From Squalus acanthias (lineage: Eukaryota), in the NCBI GenBank assembly GCA_030390025.1, contig CM059431.1, forward strand, positions 105,278,001 to 105,342,000: 64,000 nt of DNA, written 5' to 3'. Under the pieces are notes generated by a model, which did no database searches, was not told where the DNA came from, and was given only the letters and a program-made list of their open reading frames with translations. The stretch's first letter is position 1. Each line of letters starts with the position of its first letter. Shown piece by piece: positions 36,560 to 48,505 of the stretch. The translations under genes were made by a program, and so were the position numbers.

Positions 36560-37120
36560 AGATCCTGTAAAGTGTAAAAGAAGTTTTACTTTGTAGTGCA
36601 TGCGGAACAGGAGTACTCATTTGATTAGTGGTTCTGCATGGAACCGCTTGCTAATGGAGTCCCAGAGGATCAATATTAGGACCAGTGCTCTTCACAATCT
36701 TTATTAATGATCTGGATGAAGGCGCTGGGGAACTGTCCGCAAGTTCACAGAAGATTCAAAGATTTGTGCGAGTTGGATGAGCAGAAATGATTACAATTAG
36801 ATCTAGATGCGATGGAGGAATAGGAAGAACATAGGAACATCGGAACAGGAGTAGGCCATTCAGCCCCTCGAGCCTGTTCCGTCATTCAATTAGATTCTGG
36901 CTGATTTTTATCTTCGCTCCATTTACCCGCTTTGGTTCCCGAATCTTTCATACCCTTGCCGAACAAAAGTCTATCATTCTCAGTTCTGAAGTTTTCAATT
37001 GACCTACGTTACATTACAGCAGTGATTACACTTCAAAAGTACTTCATGGGCTGTAAAGCACTTTGGGACATCCTGAGGTCATGAAAGGCGCTATAGAAAT
37101 GCAAGTTCTTTCTTTCTTCT
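36560..37120. mobile_element. Cluster: old CR1 RT fragment (+, ~36560-36820), CR1 tail (-, ~36825-37003), Deu-SINE tail (+, ~37005-37120)
   Basis: Decayed GVP.GS.LGP.LF.IFINDLDEG; AACATAGG tail; homology to other copies. Confidence 0.65.
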
Positions 37121-37621
37121 TTCTATCTTTACCAACCCTGTCTCCCTAATCTGTTGCTCACCGTTTGCTCAACCTGTTTCCCCATTTTATTTTGCTAAAT
37201 TCAAAATTCAAATAAACTTTAAACTTTACATTGGGATTGTTATTATTTTATGACAAGAGTATCAGACAGATACACCACAAGTCTAATCAATCAAATGATT
37301 TTTGCCTTCTGTTTGAACATCTTGGTTTTGCTTCATTCTTCCGAATCTCAGGTTTACTCTGTGCTTAAATTTTTTATTAGTTAGCCAGTCTCACAATTGA
37401 TCCAATCTTTCAGAAGCTTTGATGAAATGTCTTCTGTTCCTTCCCAAAAGCTGATCACCTTCTCGTATAATATATGATCTCAGTGTGTCACTTTAGGGCA
37501 GAGCAATGGCTGGTTAGACACCAGCTGATCATATCTGCAATGTGTGTGCCAACATACTAGGCCAGAACTAAACATCTCTTGTTAACCTTTTGGATTTTTC
37601 AATTCCTTGACGTCTTTGACA

Positions 37622-40600
37622 TTTAAAAAAAATTTGTTTATGGGATGTGGGCATCGCTGGCGAGGCCAGCATTTATTGCCCATCCCTAATTGCCCTTGAG
37701 AAGGTGGTGGTGAGCCGCCGCCTTCTTGAACCGCTGCAGTCCGTGTGGTGAAGGTACTCCCACAGTGCTGTTAGGGAGGGAGTTCCAGGATTTTGACCCA
37801 GCGACGATGAAGGATCGGCGATATACTTCTAAGTCAGGTTGGTGTGTGACTTGGAGGGGAACTTGGAGGTGGTGGTGTTCCCATGCGCCTGCTGCCCTTG
37901 TCCTTCTAGGTGGAAGAGGTCGCGGGTTTGGGAAGTGCTGCTGAAGAAGCCTTGGCGAGTTGCTGCAGTGCATCTTGTAGATGGTACACACTGCAGCCAC
38001 ATTACGCCGGTGGTGGAGGGAGTGAATGTTTAAGGTGGTGGATGGGGTGCCAATCAAGCGGGCTGCTTTGTCCTGGATGGTGTCGAGCTTCTTGAGTGCT
38101 GTTGGAGCTGCACTCATCCAGGCAAGTGGAGAGTATTCCATCACACTCCTTAATTGTGCCTTGTGGAAAGGCTTTGGGGAGTGAGGAGGTGAGACACTCG
38201 CCACAGAATACCTAGCCTCTGACCTGCTCTTGTTGCAACAGTATTTATGTGGCAGGTCCAGTTAAGTTTCTGGTCAATGGTGACCCCCAGAATGTTGATG
38301 GTGGGGGATTCGGCAATGGTAATGTCGTTGAATGTCAAAGGGCGGTGGTTAGACTCTCGCTTGTTAGAGATAGTCATTGCCTGGCACTTGTGTGGCACAA
38401 ATGTTACCTGCCACTTATCAGCCCAAGCCTGAACATCGTCCAGGTCTTGTTGCATGCGGGCATGGACTACTTCATTTTCTGAGGAGTTGTGAATGGCGCT
38501 GAACACTGCGCAGTCATCAGCGAACATCCCCATTTCTGACCTTATGTTGGAGGGATGATGTCATTGATGAAGCAGCTGAAGATGGTTGGGCCGAGGTCAC
38601 TGCCCGGAGGAACTCCTGCAGCAATGTCCTGGGGCTGTGATGATTGACCTCCAACCACCACAACCATCTTCCTTTGTGCTAGGTATGACTTCCGCTAGTG
38701 GAGCATTTTCCCCCCGATTTCCATTGACTTCAGCTTTACTAGGGCTCCTTGATGCCACACTCGGTCAAATGCTGCCTTGATGTCAAGGGCAGTCACTGTC
38801 ACCTCACCTCTGGAATTCAGCTCCTTTGTCCATGTTTGGACCAAGGCTGTAATGAGGTCGGGAGCCGAGTGGTCTTGGCGGAACCCTAACTGGGCATCAG
38901 TGAGCAGGTTTTTGGTGAGTAAGTGCCGCTTGATAGCACTGTCGATGACACCTTCCATCACTTTGCTGATGATTGAAAGTAGACTGATGGGACGGTAATT
39001 GGCCAGGTTGGATTTGTCCTGCTTTTTGTGGGCAGGACATTGTCAGATAGATGCCAGTGTTGTAGCTGTGGAACAGTTTGGCTAGAGGAGCGGCTAGTTC
39101 TGGAGCACAAGTCATCAGCACGATAGCCGGGATGTTGTCGGGGCCCATAGCCTTTGCTGTATCCAATGCGCTCAACCATTTCTTGATATCACGTGGAGTG
39201 AATCGAATTGACTGAAGACTGGCTTCTGTGATGGTGGGGACCACAGGAGTAGGCCGATATGGATCATCCACTCGGCATTTCTGGCTGAAGATGGTTGCAA
39301 ACGCTTCAGCCTTGTCATTTGCACTCGCGTGTTGGGCTCCACCATCATTGAGGATGGAGATATTCATGGAGTCTCCTCCTCCCGTTAGTTGTTTAATGGT
39401 CTATCACCATTCATGACTGGATGTGGCAGGACTGCAGAGTTTTGATCTGATCCGTTCATTGTGGGATCACTTAGCCCTGTCAATAGCATGCTGCTTCCAC
39501 TTTTTAGCATGCATGTAGTCAGTCCTGTGTTGCAGCTTCCCCAGGTTGGCACCTCATTTTTTGGTATGCCTGGTGCTGCTCCTGGCATGCTCTTCTACAC
39601 TCCTTATTGAACCAGGGTTGGTCCCCTGGCTTGGTAGTAATGGTAGAGTGAGGGATATGCTGGGCCATGAGGTTACAGATTGTGGTGGAATACATTTCTG
39701 CTGCTGCTGATGGCCCACAGCGCCTCATGGATGCTCAGTTTTGAGTTGCTAGATCTGTTCTGAATCTATCCCATTTAGCACGGTGGTAGTACCACACAAC
39801 ATGATGGAGGGTGTCCTCAGTGTGAAGACGGGATTTCGTCTCCACAATGACTGTGCGGTGGTCACTGCTACCAATACTGTCATGGACAGATGCATCTGCA
39901 ACAGGTAGATTGGTGAGGACGAGGTCAAGTTGGTTTTTCCCTCGTGTTGGTTCTCTCACCACCTGTCGCAGGCCCATACTGGCAGTTATGTCCTTATGGA
40001 CTCGGCCAGCAGTGGTGATGGACATTGAAGACCCCCACCCAGAGTACATTCTGTGCCCTTGCTTCTCTCAGTGTTTCTTCCAAAATGGTGTTCAAAATGG
40101 AGGAGTACTGATTCATCAGCTGAGGGAGGGCAGTAGGTGGTATTCTTGCCCATGCTTGAGCTGAAGCCATGAGACTTCATGGGGTCCAGAGTCAATGTTG
40201 AGGACTCCCAGGGCCACTCCTTCCCGACTGTATACCACCGCCCCTGGTGGGTCTGTGCCGCCACCAGGACAGGACATACCCAGGGATGGTGATGGAGGGG
40301 TTTGGGGACATTGGCTGAAAGGTATGATTCTGTGAGTATGACTATGTCAGGCTGTTGCTTGACTAGTCTGTGGGACAACTCTCCCAATTTTGGCACAATT
40401 CCCCAGATGTTGGTGAGGAGGACGTTGCAGGGTGTGCCGTTGCCAGCGTTGATGCTGGGTGCACCGTCTGGCCAGTTTCATTCTTATCATGTTTTGTAGT
40501 GGTTAGTTATAACTGAGTGGCTTGCTAATCCATTTCAGAGGGCAGTTAAGAGTCAACCACATTGCTGTGGGTCCGGAGTCACATATAGGCCAGACCAGGT

Positions 40601-40840
40601 AAGGATGGATAGATTTCCTTCCCTGAAGGACATTCGTGAACCAGACAGGTTTTTTACAACAATCCGATAGTTTCATGGTTACCATTACTAATACTAGCTT
40701 TTTATTCCAGATTTATTTAATTAACTGAATTTAACTTTCGCAGCTGCGGTGGTGGGATTTGAACTCACGTCTCTGGGATCATTGGTCCAGGACCTCTGCG
40801 ATTATTAGCCCAGTGACATTACCGCTACGCTACCGTTCCC
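37622..40840 (-). mobile_element. Apparently full-length single-ORF LINE (CR1/L2-group-like, LINE-B) with tRNA-derived 5' head
   Basis: 5' A box TAGCGTAGCGG and B box GTTCAAATC (~40833-40757); then APE endonuclease (LTNIWG..KLGEL..PDIVILTESYL, EPTRGKNQLDLVLTN, GSSDH) and RT (GPDNIP, QLGFR, LDIKAAFDRVWH, MFADD, ILGVTID, WNSLP); frameshifted. Confidence 0.88.
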
Positions 40841-41209
40841 ATATTTTTGTTAACATCACTTTTCTCAGCCTGGTAGACAGGAGAACTTTGTGATCTGCCC
40901 CCTTTCAATAGACAATTGATCTGGAAAAACACTACACTGTTGGATCAATTTCAGGTTTTGTGTCTGGAAATCCTTCCAGGAGCAGGGATTTCACAACTTC
41001 TGTAGTGACTGGTCTTTCTCAGATCCTGCTTTCATCTCCCCTAGTTTTGCTTGCAACATCCAGAGATATACCATGCACACAGTTATTTGATCATCTTTTT
41101 AATGTATGCTGTTGGTTTGAGGTAGGTAGTTTCACCTCAATATATCACTTACATAGAGCTGATTTATTTTGTACCTTTCTCGAAATCTACTGTCAAACTG
41201 CACATACCC

Positions 41210-42480
41210 TCATCGCCTTTAAAAAGTACTTGGATAGGCACTTCAAGTGCTATAACCTACAAGGCTACGGACCAAGAGCTGGAAAGTGGGATTATGCTGG
41301 ATAGCTCTTTTTCGGCCGGCACAAACACAATGGGCCGAATGGCCTCCTGCTGTGCCGTAAACGTCTATGCTATACATAGAAATTACAGCACAGAAACAGG
41401 CCCTTCAACCCTCCATGAGAGCAAATAGTTCTAAACACATTTACCCACCCTGTCCCCACATCTCTTCAATCCCCTTTGTCTTCATACCCTACCCAATCCA
41501 ATCTTGAATGTTGACATCGTTCCTGCTTCAGCTACGAACCCTGGAAGTGAATTCCACAGCCCCACAACGCTCTGTGTGAGGAAGTTTCTCTTGCTCTCTG
41601 TTCTAAATCTCTTATATTTATCATTTATCTGTGGCCTCTCATTATTGATCCATTGACTCCCCCTAGAAACAGTCTGCATCTATCTAATGAGTCCCATCCT
41701 TTCATAATTTTAAACACTACTATTATATCACCCAGTAACATAGAAACATAGAAGATAGGAGCAGGAGTAGGCCATTTGGCCTCTCTAGCCTGCTCCGCCA
41801 TTTAATGCGATCATGGCTGATCATCCAAATTCAGAACTCTGTCCCTGCTTTCTCCCCATATCTCTTGATCCCTTTAGCCTTAAGAAATATATCCAACTCC
41901 TTCTTGAATATATTTAATGAATTGGCCTCTACTGCCTTCTGTGGTAGAGAATTCCACAGGTTCACCACTCTCTGGGTGAAGAAATTCCTCCTCATTTCTG
42001 TCCTAAATGGCTTACCCCTTATCCTTAGACTGTGACCCCTGGTTCTGGACTCCCTGACCATCGGGAACATCCTTCCTGCATCCAGTCTGTCCAGTCCTGT
42101 CAGAATATGCGTTGTTCGAACAAAAAAACTATTTTTCAAGTTTTCTTCTTATCTGTATTTCCTCATACCAAGCAGCATCCTAATGAATCTGCACTGCACA
42201 CTCAATTAGCCACAATATCCATCCTATAGTGTGGAGCACAATACTGTACACAGCACTCTAACTGAGGTATTATTAAGGTTTTATATAGGCTCATCATTAC
42301 CTCTTGACTTTTATATTTTACACCTCTTAAAATAAAGCCTAGAATATTACTAGCTTTTTTTAACAGCCTTATCAAGCCTGTAATGTTTTATGAACCTATA
42401 TCCCCAAGTCCCTCTTATCTTCTACAGCAACGAGCCTACTTTCCATTCAGAGTATAATTACTGCTGTTGTTTTTGTTATC
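41210..42480. mobile_element. Cluster of CR1 fragments: + tail ~41210-41370; old - copy ~41375-41735 and ~42170-42480; younger - copy ~41738-42108
   Basis: RRNFFTQRVVNLWNSLP-type motifs and CATAGAAA tails. Confidence 0.75.
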
Positions 42481-42704
42481 CAAGACCACTGCTGCAGAAT
42501 CAGAAGGAGCAGGAGTCACGTTAAAGGGACAGAAGAGCCTCTAAGTACTGGATAACTGTACCACTAACATCCTTGGCCAAGACAGAGGCCATCAATGAGT
42601 AAGTGGAAGTAGTTGGACATCTTTCATCAGAAGACGTCAAAGTCTTCCTGCTGCTCCTTCAGGGACTATCACCAGGCTTCGACTGGTGTCGTGGGGAGCA
42701 GTGG

Positions 42705-42918
42705 GAACAACAACAAAAACTTGCATTTATTTAGCGGCATTATCTGAGTAAAATGCCCCAAGGTGCTTCACAGGAGCGATATCAGAAAAAATTTAGACAC
42801 CAAAGTCAGATATAGAGATACGAGGACAGGTAACCAAGTAGCTTGGTCATAGTGTTAGGTTTTAAGGAGCATCTTAAAGGAGGAGAGAAAGTGGTAGAGA
42901 GGCGGAGAGGTTTAGGAC
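42705..42918 (-). mobile_element. L2-type LINE 3' end
   Basis: Reverse complement of the 29960-30145-type tail. Confidence 0.7.
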
Positions 42919-43209
42919 GGTGTCAGAGGAGGTGGGGGGAGGGGGGGGGAGTTCCCGGGACAGAGGAGGCCCAAGGGATCCTTGTGGGACCAGGAGGTGC
43001 ATTCCGCTTGCAGCCAGGTTTTGCTGGTGGCTTTGTGACTGTGTACGATTCTCGGTTAAATTTGCCTCAGGGTCTGAGGTAAGTCATCGGATCCCAACTT
43101 TTGAATATTTAAGAAGCAATCTGTGTAACATAGCCTTCAACACCTGATTGCTATTTTAACCTCTTGCCTGCACCGTTCAATCTGAGCGGGCAAGGTTAAA
43201 ATTGGAGAT

Positions 43210-44065
43210 CTGGAAACAGGAGTAGACCACTGGGCCCATCTAGTACTGTTCACCATTTTGTGAACCATGGCAGCTCTATCTTTCTAGTCTTAATTCCCTG
43301 CCTGTTTCTCCATATACCTTAATACTCTTATCTCCAAAGTATATGTCGATCCCCCGTTTAAACACTTCAAATGATGTTGCATTTATCAAGTTCTAGGGCC
43401 GTGTATTCTACATTCTCAGAACTCTTTGTGTGAAGAGGTTTTTCCTGAATTTTTTTATTTAACTGGCTTTTCACAAATTCTAGATGGTGTTCCCACATTA
43501 TGGATTCTGTTACTCAAGTGCCATTCCTTCCCTAATCTGCCAATTCCCCTAATTATTTAAACATTTTCACTTAACTCAACTTGCTCATGTCCAGGGAATA
43601 TAACTCAAGTTTAACCAGTGGGTCATCATAGCTCAGATACTTCATCTTAGGTATCGACCAAGTGAATCATCACTGGACATTTTCCCAAGGTCAGTATATC
43701 CTTCCTTAGATGGAGTACTCAAAACTGAACATAAAACTCCAAATGAGTTCTGACAATTACTCTGTTTAATTGCGATAACCCTTTCTTGGTTTTATAATCT
43801 ACGCGTTTGTGATGAAGCCCAGCATCCCATTATCCTTTTTGATTGCTTTTTGTACCTGCAAGCTAGCTTTTAATGACTTACGTACATAGATCCTTAAATT
43901 CTTTTGTTCATCTACCCACTTGCCCAACTAAGTGTTTCCCCATTTGAATTGTACTCCATTCTGCCATTTTTACATCCAACACTCACTACCTCACACTTTG
44001 TTACACTAAAATACATATGCTATCGTTCTGCCAACTTGCATCATTTAGGTCTTCTTGCGGTTTTC
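43210..44065 (-). mobile_element. Old, highly decayed CR1 3' fragment
   Basis: Recognisable decayed counterparts of ..QFWSP.LRKDI.., QRV.R.., QA.KKA.GML motifs. Confidence 0.55.
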
Positions 44066-45362
44066 ATAGAATCATAGAATCATAGAAGATAGGAGCAGGA
44101 GTAGGCCATTCGGCCCCTCTAGCCTGCTCCGCCATTCAATGCGATCATGGCTGATCATCCAAATTCAGTACCCTGTCCCTGCTTTCTCCCAATATACCTT
44201 GATCCCTTTAACCTTAAGAAATATATCCAACTCATTCTTGAATCTCATCATATTACAGCCCTCTCATCCCAGGAAGCAATCTAGTGAACCTTCGTTGCAC
44301 TGCCTCCAAGGCAAGTATATCTTTCCTTAGATAAAGAGACCAAAACTGTGCACAGTACTCCAGGTGTGGTCTCACCAAGGCCCTGTACAATTGTAGCAAA
44401 ACTTCCTGACTCTTATACTCCAACCCCCTTGCAATAAAGGCCAACATGTCGTTTGCCTTCCTTATTGCTTGCTGTACCTGCATGCTAGCTTTTTGTCTTT
44501 CTTGCACGAGGACACCTAAATCTCTCTGAACACCAACATTTGAAAGTTTCTCACCATTTAAAAAATATTCTGTTTTTCTATTCTTCCTACCAAAGTGAAT
44601 AACCTCACATTTCCCTACATTATACTCCATCTGCCACCTTACTGCCCACTCACTTAGTCTATCTATATCCCTTTGCAACCTTTTTGTGTTCTCTTCACAG
44701 CTTACTGTCCCACCTAGCTTTGTATCGTCAGCAAACTTGGATACATTACACTTGGTCCCTTCATCAAGGTCATTGATATAGATTATAAATAGCTGAGCCC
44801 CAACACTGATCCTTGCGGCACCCCACTAGTTACAGCCTGCCAGCATGAAAAAGATCCGTTTATCCCTACTCTCTGTTTTCTGTCCATTAACCAATCCTCT
44901 ATCCATGCGATCGATTGCTCCGAAAGCTTGTGATTTCAAATAAAACTGTTGGACTATAACCTGGTGTTGTGCGACCTCTCAATTTTGTCCACCCCAGTCC
45001 AACACCGGCATCTCCGCATCATGACTATATTACCCCCAGCCCCATGAGCCCTAATCTTGTGTAATAACCTTTTAGGTGGCACCTTATCGAATGCCTTTTG
45101 GAAATCCAAATATACTATCTCCACTGGTTCCCCTTTATCTACCCTGCTAGTTACATCCTCAAAAAACTCTAATAAATTTGTCAAACACGATTTCCCTTTC
45201 ATAAAACCATGTTGACTCTGCCTAATCATGTTATGATTTTCTAAGTGACTTGATACCACTTCCTTAACAAAGGATTCCAGCATTTTCCCAATGACTGATG
45301 TCAGGCTAACTGGCCTGTAGTTCCCTGTTTTTTCTCTCCCTCCTTTCTTGAATAGTGGTGTT
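44066..45362 (-). mobile_element. CR1 LINE fragment with internal deletion and a ~110-bp insertion (44910-45022)
   Basis: [40 protein letters not shown]; (CATAGAAT)n tail. Confidence 0.9.
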
Positions 45363-46997
45363 TCCCTTGATTGGGCTTGTTAAGCCCGCCCAGTGCATTT
45401 GCCGGCCAATTGAAGGAAGCGGGTCTGATGACGTTATGTAATGATGCGTCATCAGCCGGTTTCTTTAAAGGGACCGTGCGCAAATTGATTTTGCCAGTTG
45501 TACTTTCAGTGTTCTACAGCATTGAGGTGCTGCAAACACTGACAAGCACTGCACAGAGGTGCACGGCTGCACTCAACCTCACGCATGACTCCCTCCATAT
45601 GCTTATGGAGGGAGTCACAACAAGTAGGGAGGTCCTCCTCCCTTCCAATGGGTGGAAGAGACCTCCCCAGGAGACAAACGCAGCCTGGTCGCACATTGCA
45701 CAGGAGGACACAAGTAGGGATGTTGTCAGGAGGACCTGGGTGCAGTGGCTCAAACCTTTCAATGATCTCAGTATATCACGAAATGTTACTGCAAAGCCAC
45801 ACTCAACCTCACCCTGCTGTGCCATCCATCACATCCCCATCACTCTGCCTTCCCTACCCTACTCCTGCACATCCTTACTCACACCAACTTACCTTGTACC
45901 TCCACCCATCCCTCTCTATCTACATTATCACATCCCCATCTCACTAGCCACCCCTCACACTCACTCTCATCCTAGTGCAATCATACCAACTAACAACACA
46001 CAAGGGTAGGCACTTGAGTGTTTTATCCAATGTTCATGTAAAGTTTCTGTTAATGTGGTGTCAAACATTGAAACCTTTATTTGCAACACTTTGCGTTCTT
46101 GGACAGATTTGTGTGCACCTTTGGAAAGGCTTAGTGAGTTGAAGTCAATGGTGAGACATAATGGTACTCCCCGCAATGGTAATGAGTGTGAAAGGAATGG
46201 CTTGGGCATGGGCAGTAGACGCAAGGGAAAACCACCACCTCCAAGTTCCCCTCCAAGTCACACACCATTCTGACTTGGAAGTATATCGCTGTTCCTTCAT
46301 CATCGCTGGGTCAAAATCCTGGAACTCCCTCCCTAACAGCACTGTGGGAGCACCTTCACCGCACGGACTGCAGTGGTTCAACAAGACGGCTCACTACCAT
46401 ATTCTCCAGGGCAACTAGGAATGGGCAATAAATGCTGGCCTTGCCAGCGACAGCCACATCCCATGAACGAATGAAAAAAAAAAGAAAATTGTAGGGATGC
46501 TTTAGGGTGTTGGTGTGGGGTGGTGCCAACCTGGCGCATCATGTGGCAGCCAGGGTGTACAGCGTCAAGTGAAGTAAATTAAGCCATGGTGAGGCCATCC
46601 CTGGCCTCCCGGGCAGCAATGTGGTCGGGTGCTGATGCCCTGTGTCCTGTGCAGCATCAGTTGATTGTGGAGAAGTAATGAGATGATTCCATATTCAGAC
46701 AACTCCCGACCTGCTTATCTGACGTGATCCCCGAGCAGCGTGGACCCCGTGGGTGACCTCATAAAATGTAAAGGTGAGCTCAAAATACTTCTTAATGGGC
46801 TGTTAACAAGGTCATAATGACCTGAATTGCCTCCCCCGCCGCTGTGTGTCAGGTCTGTTCAACTCTGACAGACCCGACATCTGGGAAAGTCACGTGGTGG
46901 CGGGTTGACAGCGGGGTCTCGACCCGCTGTCAAAAATTTTTTTTCCCACCCAACCCACCACCGAACGCACCCGATGATCCCCTGAAAAATTCCCCCC
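45363..46997 (+). mobile_element. Internally deleted Harbinger element: Myb-like remnant (+), transposase C-terminal remnant (-), right TIR; LINE-B tail inserted at ~46210-46485
   Basis: SLHMLMEGVTTSREVLLPSNGWKRPPQETNAAWSHIAQ...RTWVQW.K.FNDL; minus-strand HIAAREARDGL at ~46590-46623 matches HMAARDARDAL at ~3160-3190; ends AAAAATTCCCCCC. Confidence 0.8.
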
Positions 46998-47066
46998 ATG
47001 TGTCCAATAGCGTAACAGCTAACATACCCCTTGACATGAAAAAAGGATTCTGTGAACTTGCACATA

Positions 47067-47523
47067 AAGAAAGAAAGAACTTGCATTTATATATCACCTT
47101 TCACAACTTCAGGATGTCCCTAAGTGCTTTCCAGCCAATGAAGTACTTTTGAAGTGTAGTCACTGTTGTAATGTAGGAAACGCGGCAGCCAATTTGCGCA
47201 CAGCAAGCTCCCACAAACAGCAATGAGATTATGACCAGATAATCCATTTTTAGCTGTTGGTTAAGGGATAAGAATTGGCCAGGAAACCGGGGAGAACTCC
47301 CCTGCTCTTTTTCGAAATAGTGCCATGGGATCTTTTACATTCACCTGAGTGTGCAGGCGGGGCCTCGGTTTAACGTCTCATCCAAAAGACGGCACCTCCG
47401 ACAGTGCAGCACTCCCTCAGTACTGCCAACCTGGATTCTGTGCTCAAGTCTCTGGAGTAGCACTCTAACCCCCAACCTCCTGACTCAGAGGCGAGGGTGC
47501 TACTCACTGAGCCATGGCTGACA
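47067..47523 (-). mobile_element. Deu-domain SINE, near full length with tRNA-like head
   Basis: Head TGGCTCAGTGAGTAGCAC..GCCTCTGAGTCAG; Deu core; L2-like tail. Confidence 0.85.
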
Positions 47524-48505
47524 GACGTGCATCTCTCCGACCTTTTGATTTGCGGAAGTGATGAGCATTCTGGTGAGGCGAGGTCGATAACAAATCTGGT
47601 TTATTTTGCAAAATACACCAGTGAAAAAAAGTGTCGATTCCAGGTTTTCTTAAGTTTCTTTTACAACCCTTTCCCCAACAACACAAAACAACAAAGAACA
47701 CTGTACTCTCCTGAACAGCAGGCAAAATATTCAATTTTCATTTTATTTAATTTGAGTCAGTTCCTAGCTAGCAAAACTGATCTGTGACACTTTAATTCTC
47801 AGCTCAGGCTTTTGTTAGGCCTGACTGATCCCGAAACCTTCTTTTTTCCCCTCTTCTTTTTGTTGATTCTGACTCCAAGAAGCAAAAACAGATCAGGCTA
47901 CCCTGGCAGCTAACCCTGCTGAGCTCAAATGAATCAAATCACCTCAACTGGAGTAAGTATGGACGATCACTGAAGCGACCAAGGTAATTTTTATTTGCCC
48001 AAAGCACTCTGGTTCAGACACCCTGTCTGAATCGTAATCCATAACAGCCTTGCTCTCCTGTGAATTCAACCCTTTGAGAGGTCGATAGTTGCATTTTTAA
48101 CACATATTAAACCATGGTTCTCTCATGGTGGCATAGTCAGAAATCGCAAATCATGACACCTTATAGGAACATAGGAACAGGAGTAGGCCATGTAGCCCCT
48201 CGAGCCTGTTCCACCATTCAAGGAGATCATGGCTGATCTGTGACCTAACTCCATATACCCACCTTTGCCCCATATCCCTTATTACCTTTGGTTATCAAAA
48301 AACTATCAATCTCAGATTTAAAATTAACAATTGATCCAGAATCAATTGCCGTTTGCGGAAGAGAGTTCCAAACTTCTACCACCCTTTGTGTGTAGAAGTG
48401 TTTCCTAATTTCACACCTGAAAGGTCTGGCTCTGATTTTTAGACTGTGCCCCCTAGTCCTAGAATCCCCAACCAGCGGAAATAGTTTCTCTCTATCTACC
48501 CTATC

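Noticed and set aside
40745..40840. Genuine tRNA genes (also 24600-24680, 34491-34590, 47450-47523)
   Set aside because: A/B boxes are present but no complete cloverleaf; each continues into a SINE/LINE body.
47880..47990. Plus-strand exon between a polypyrimidine tract and GTAAGT/GTAATT donors
   Set aside because: No recognisable protein and ambiguous acceptor; not distinguishable from chance.
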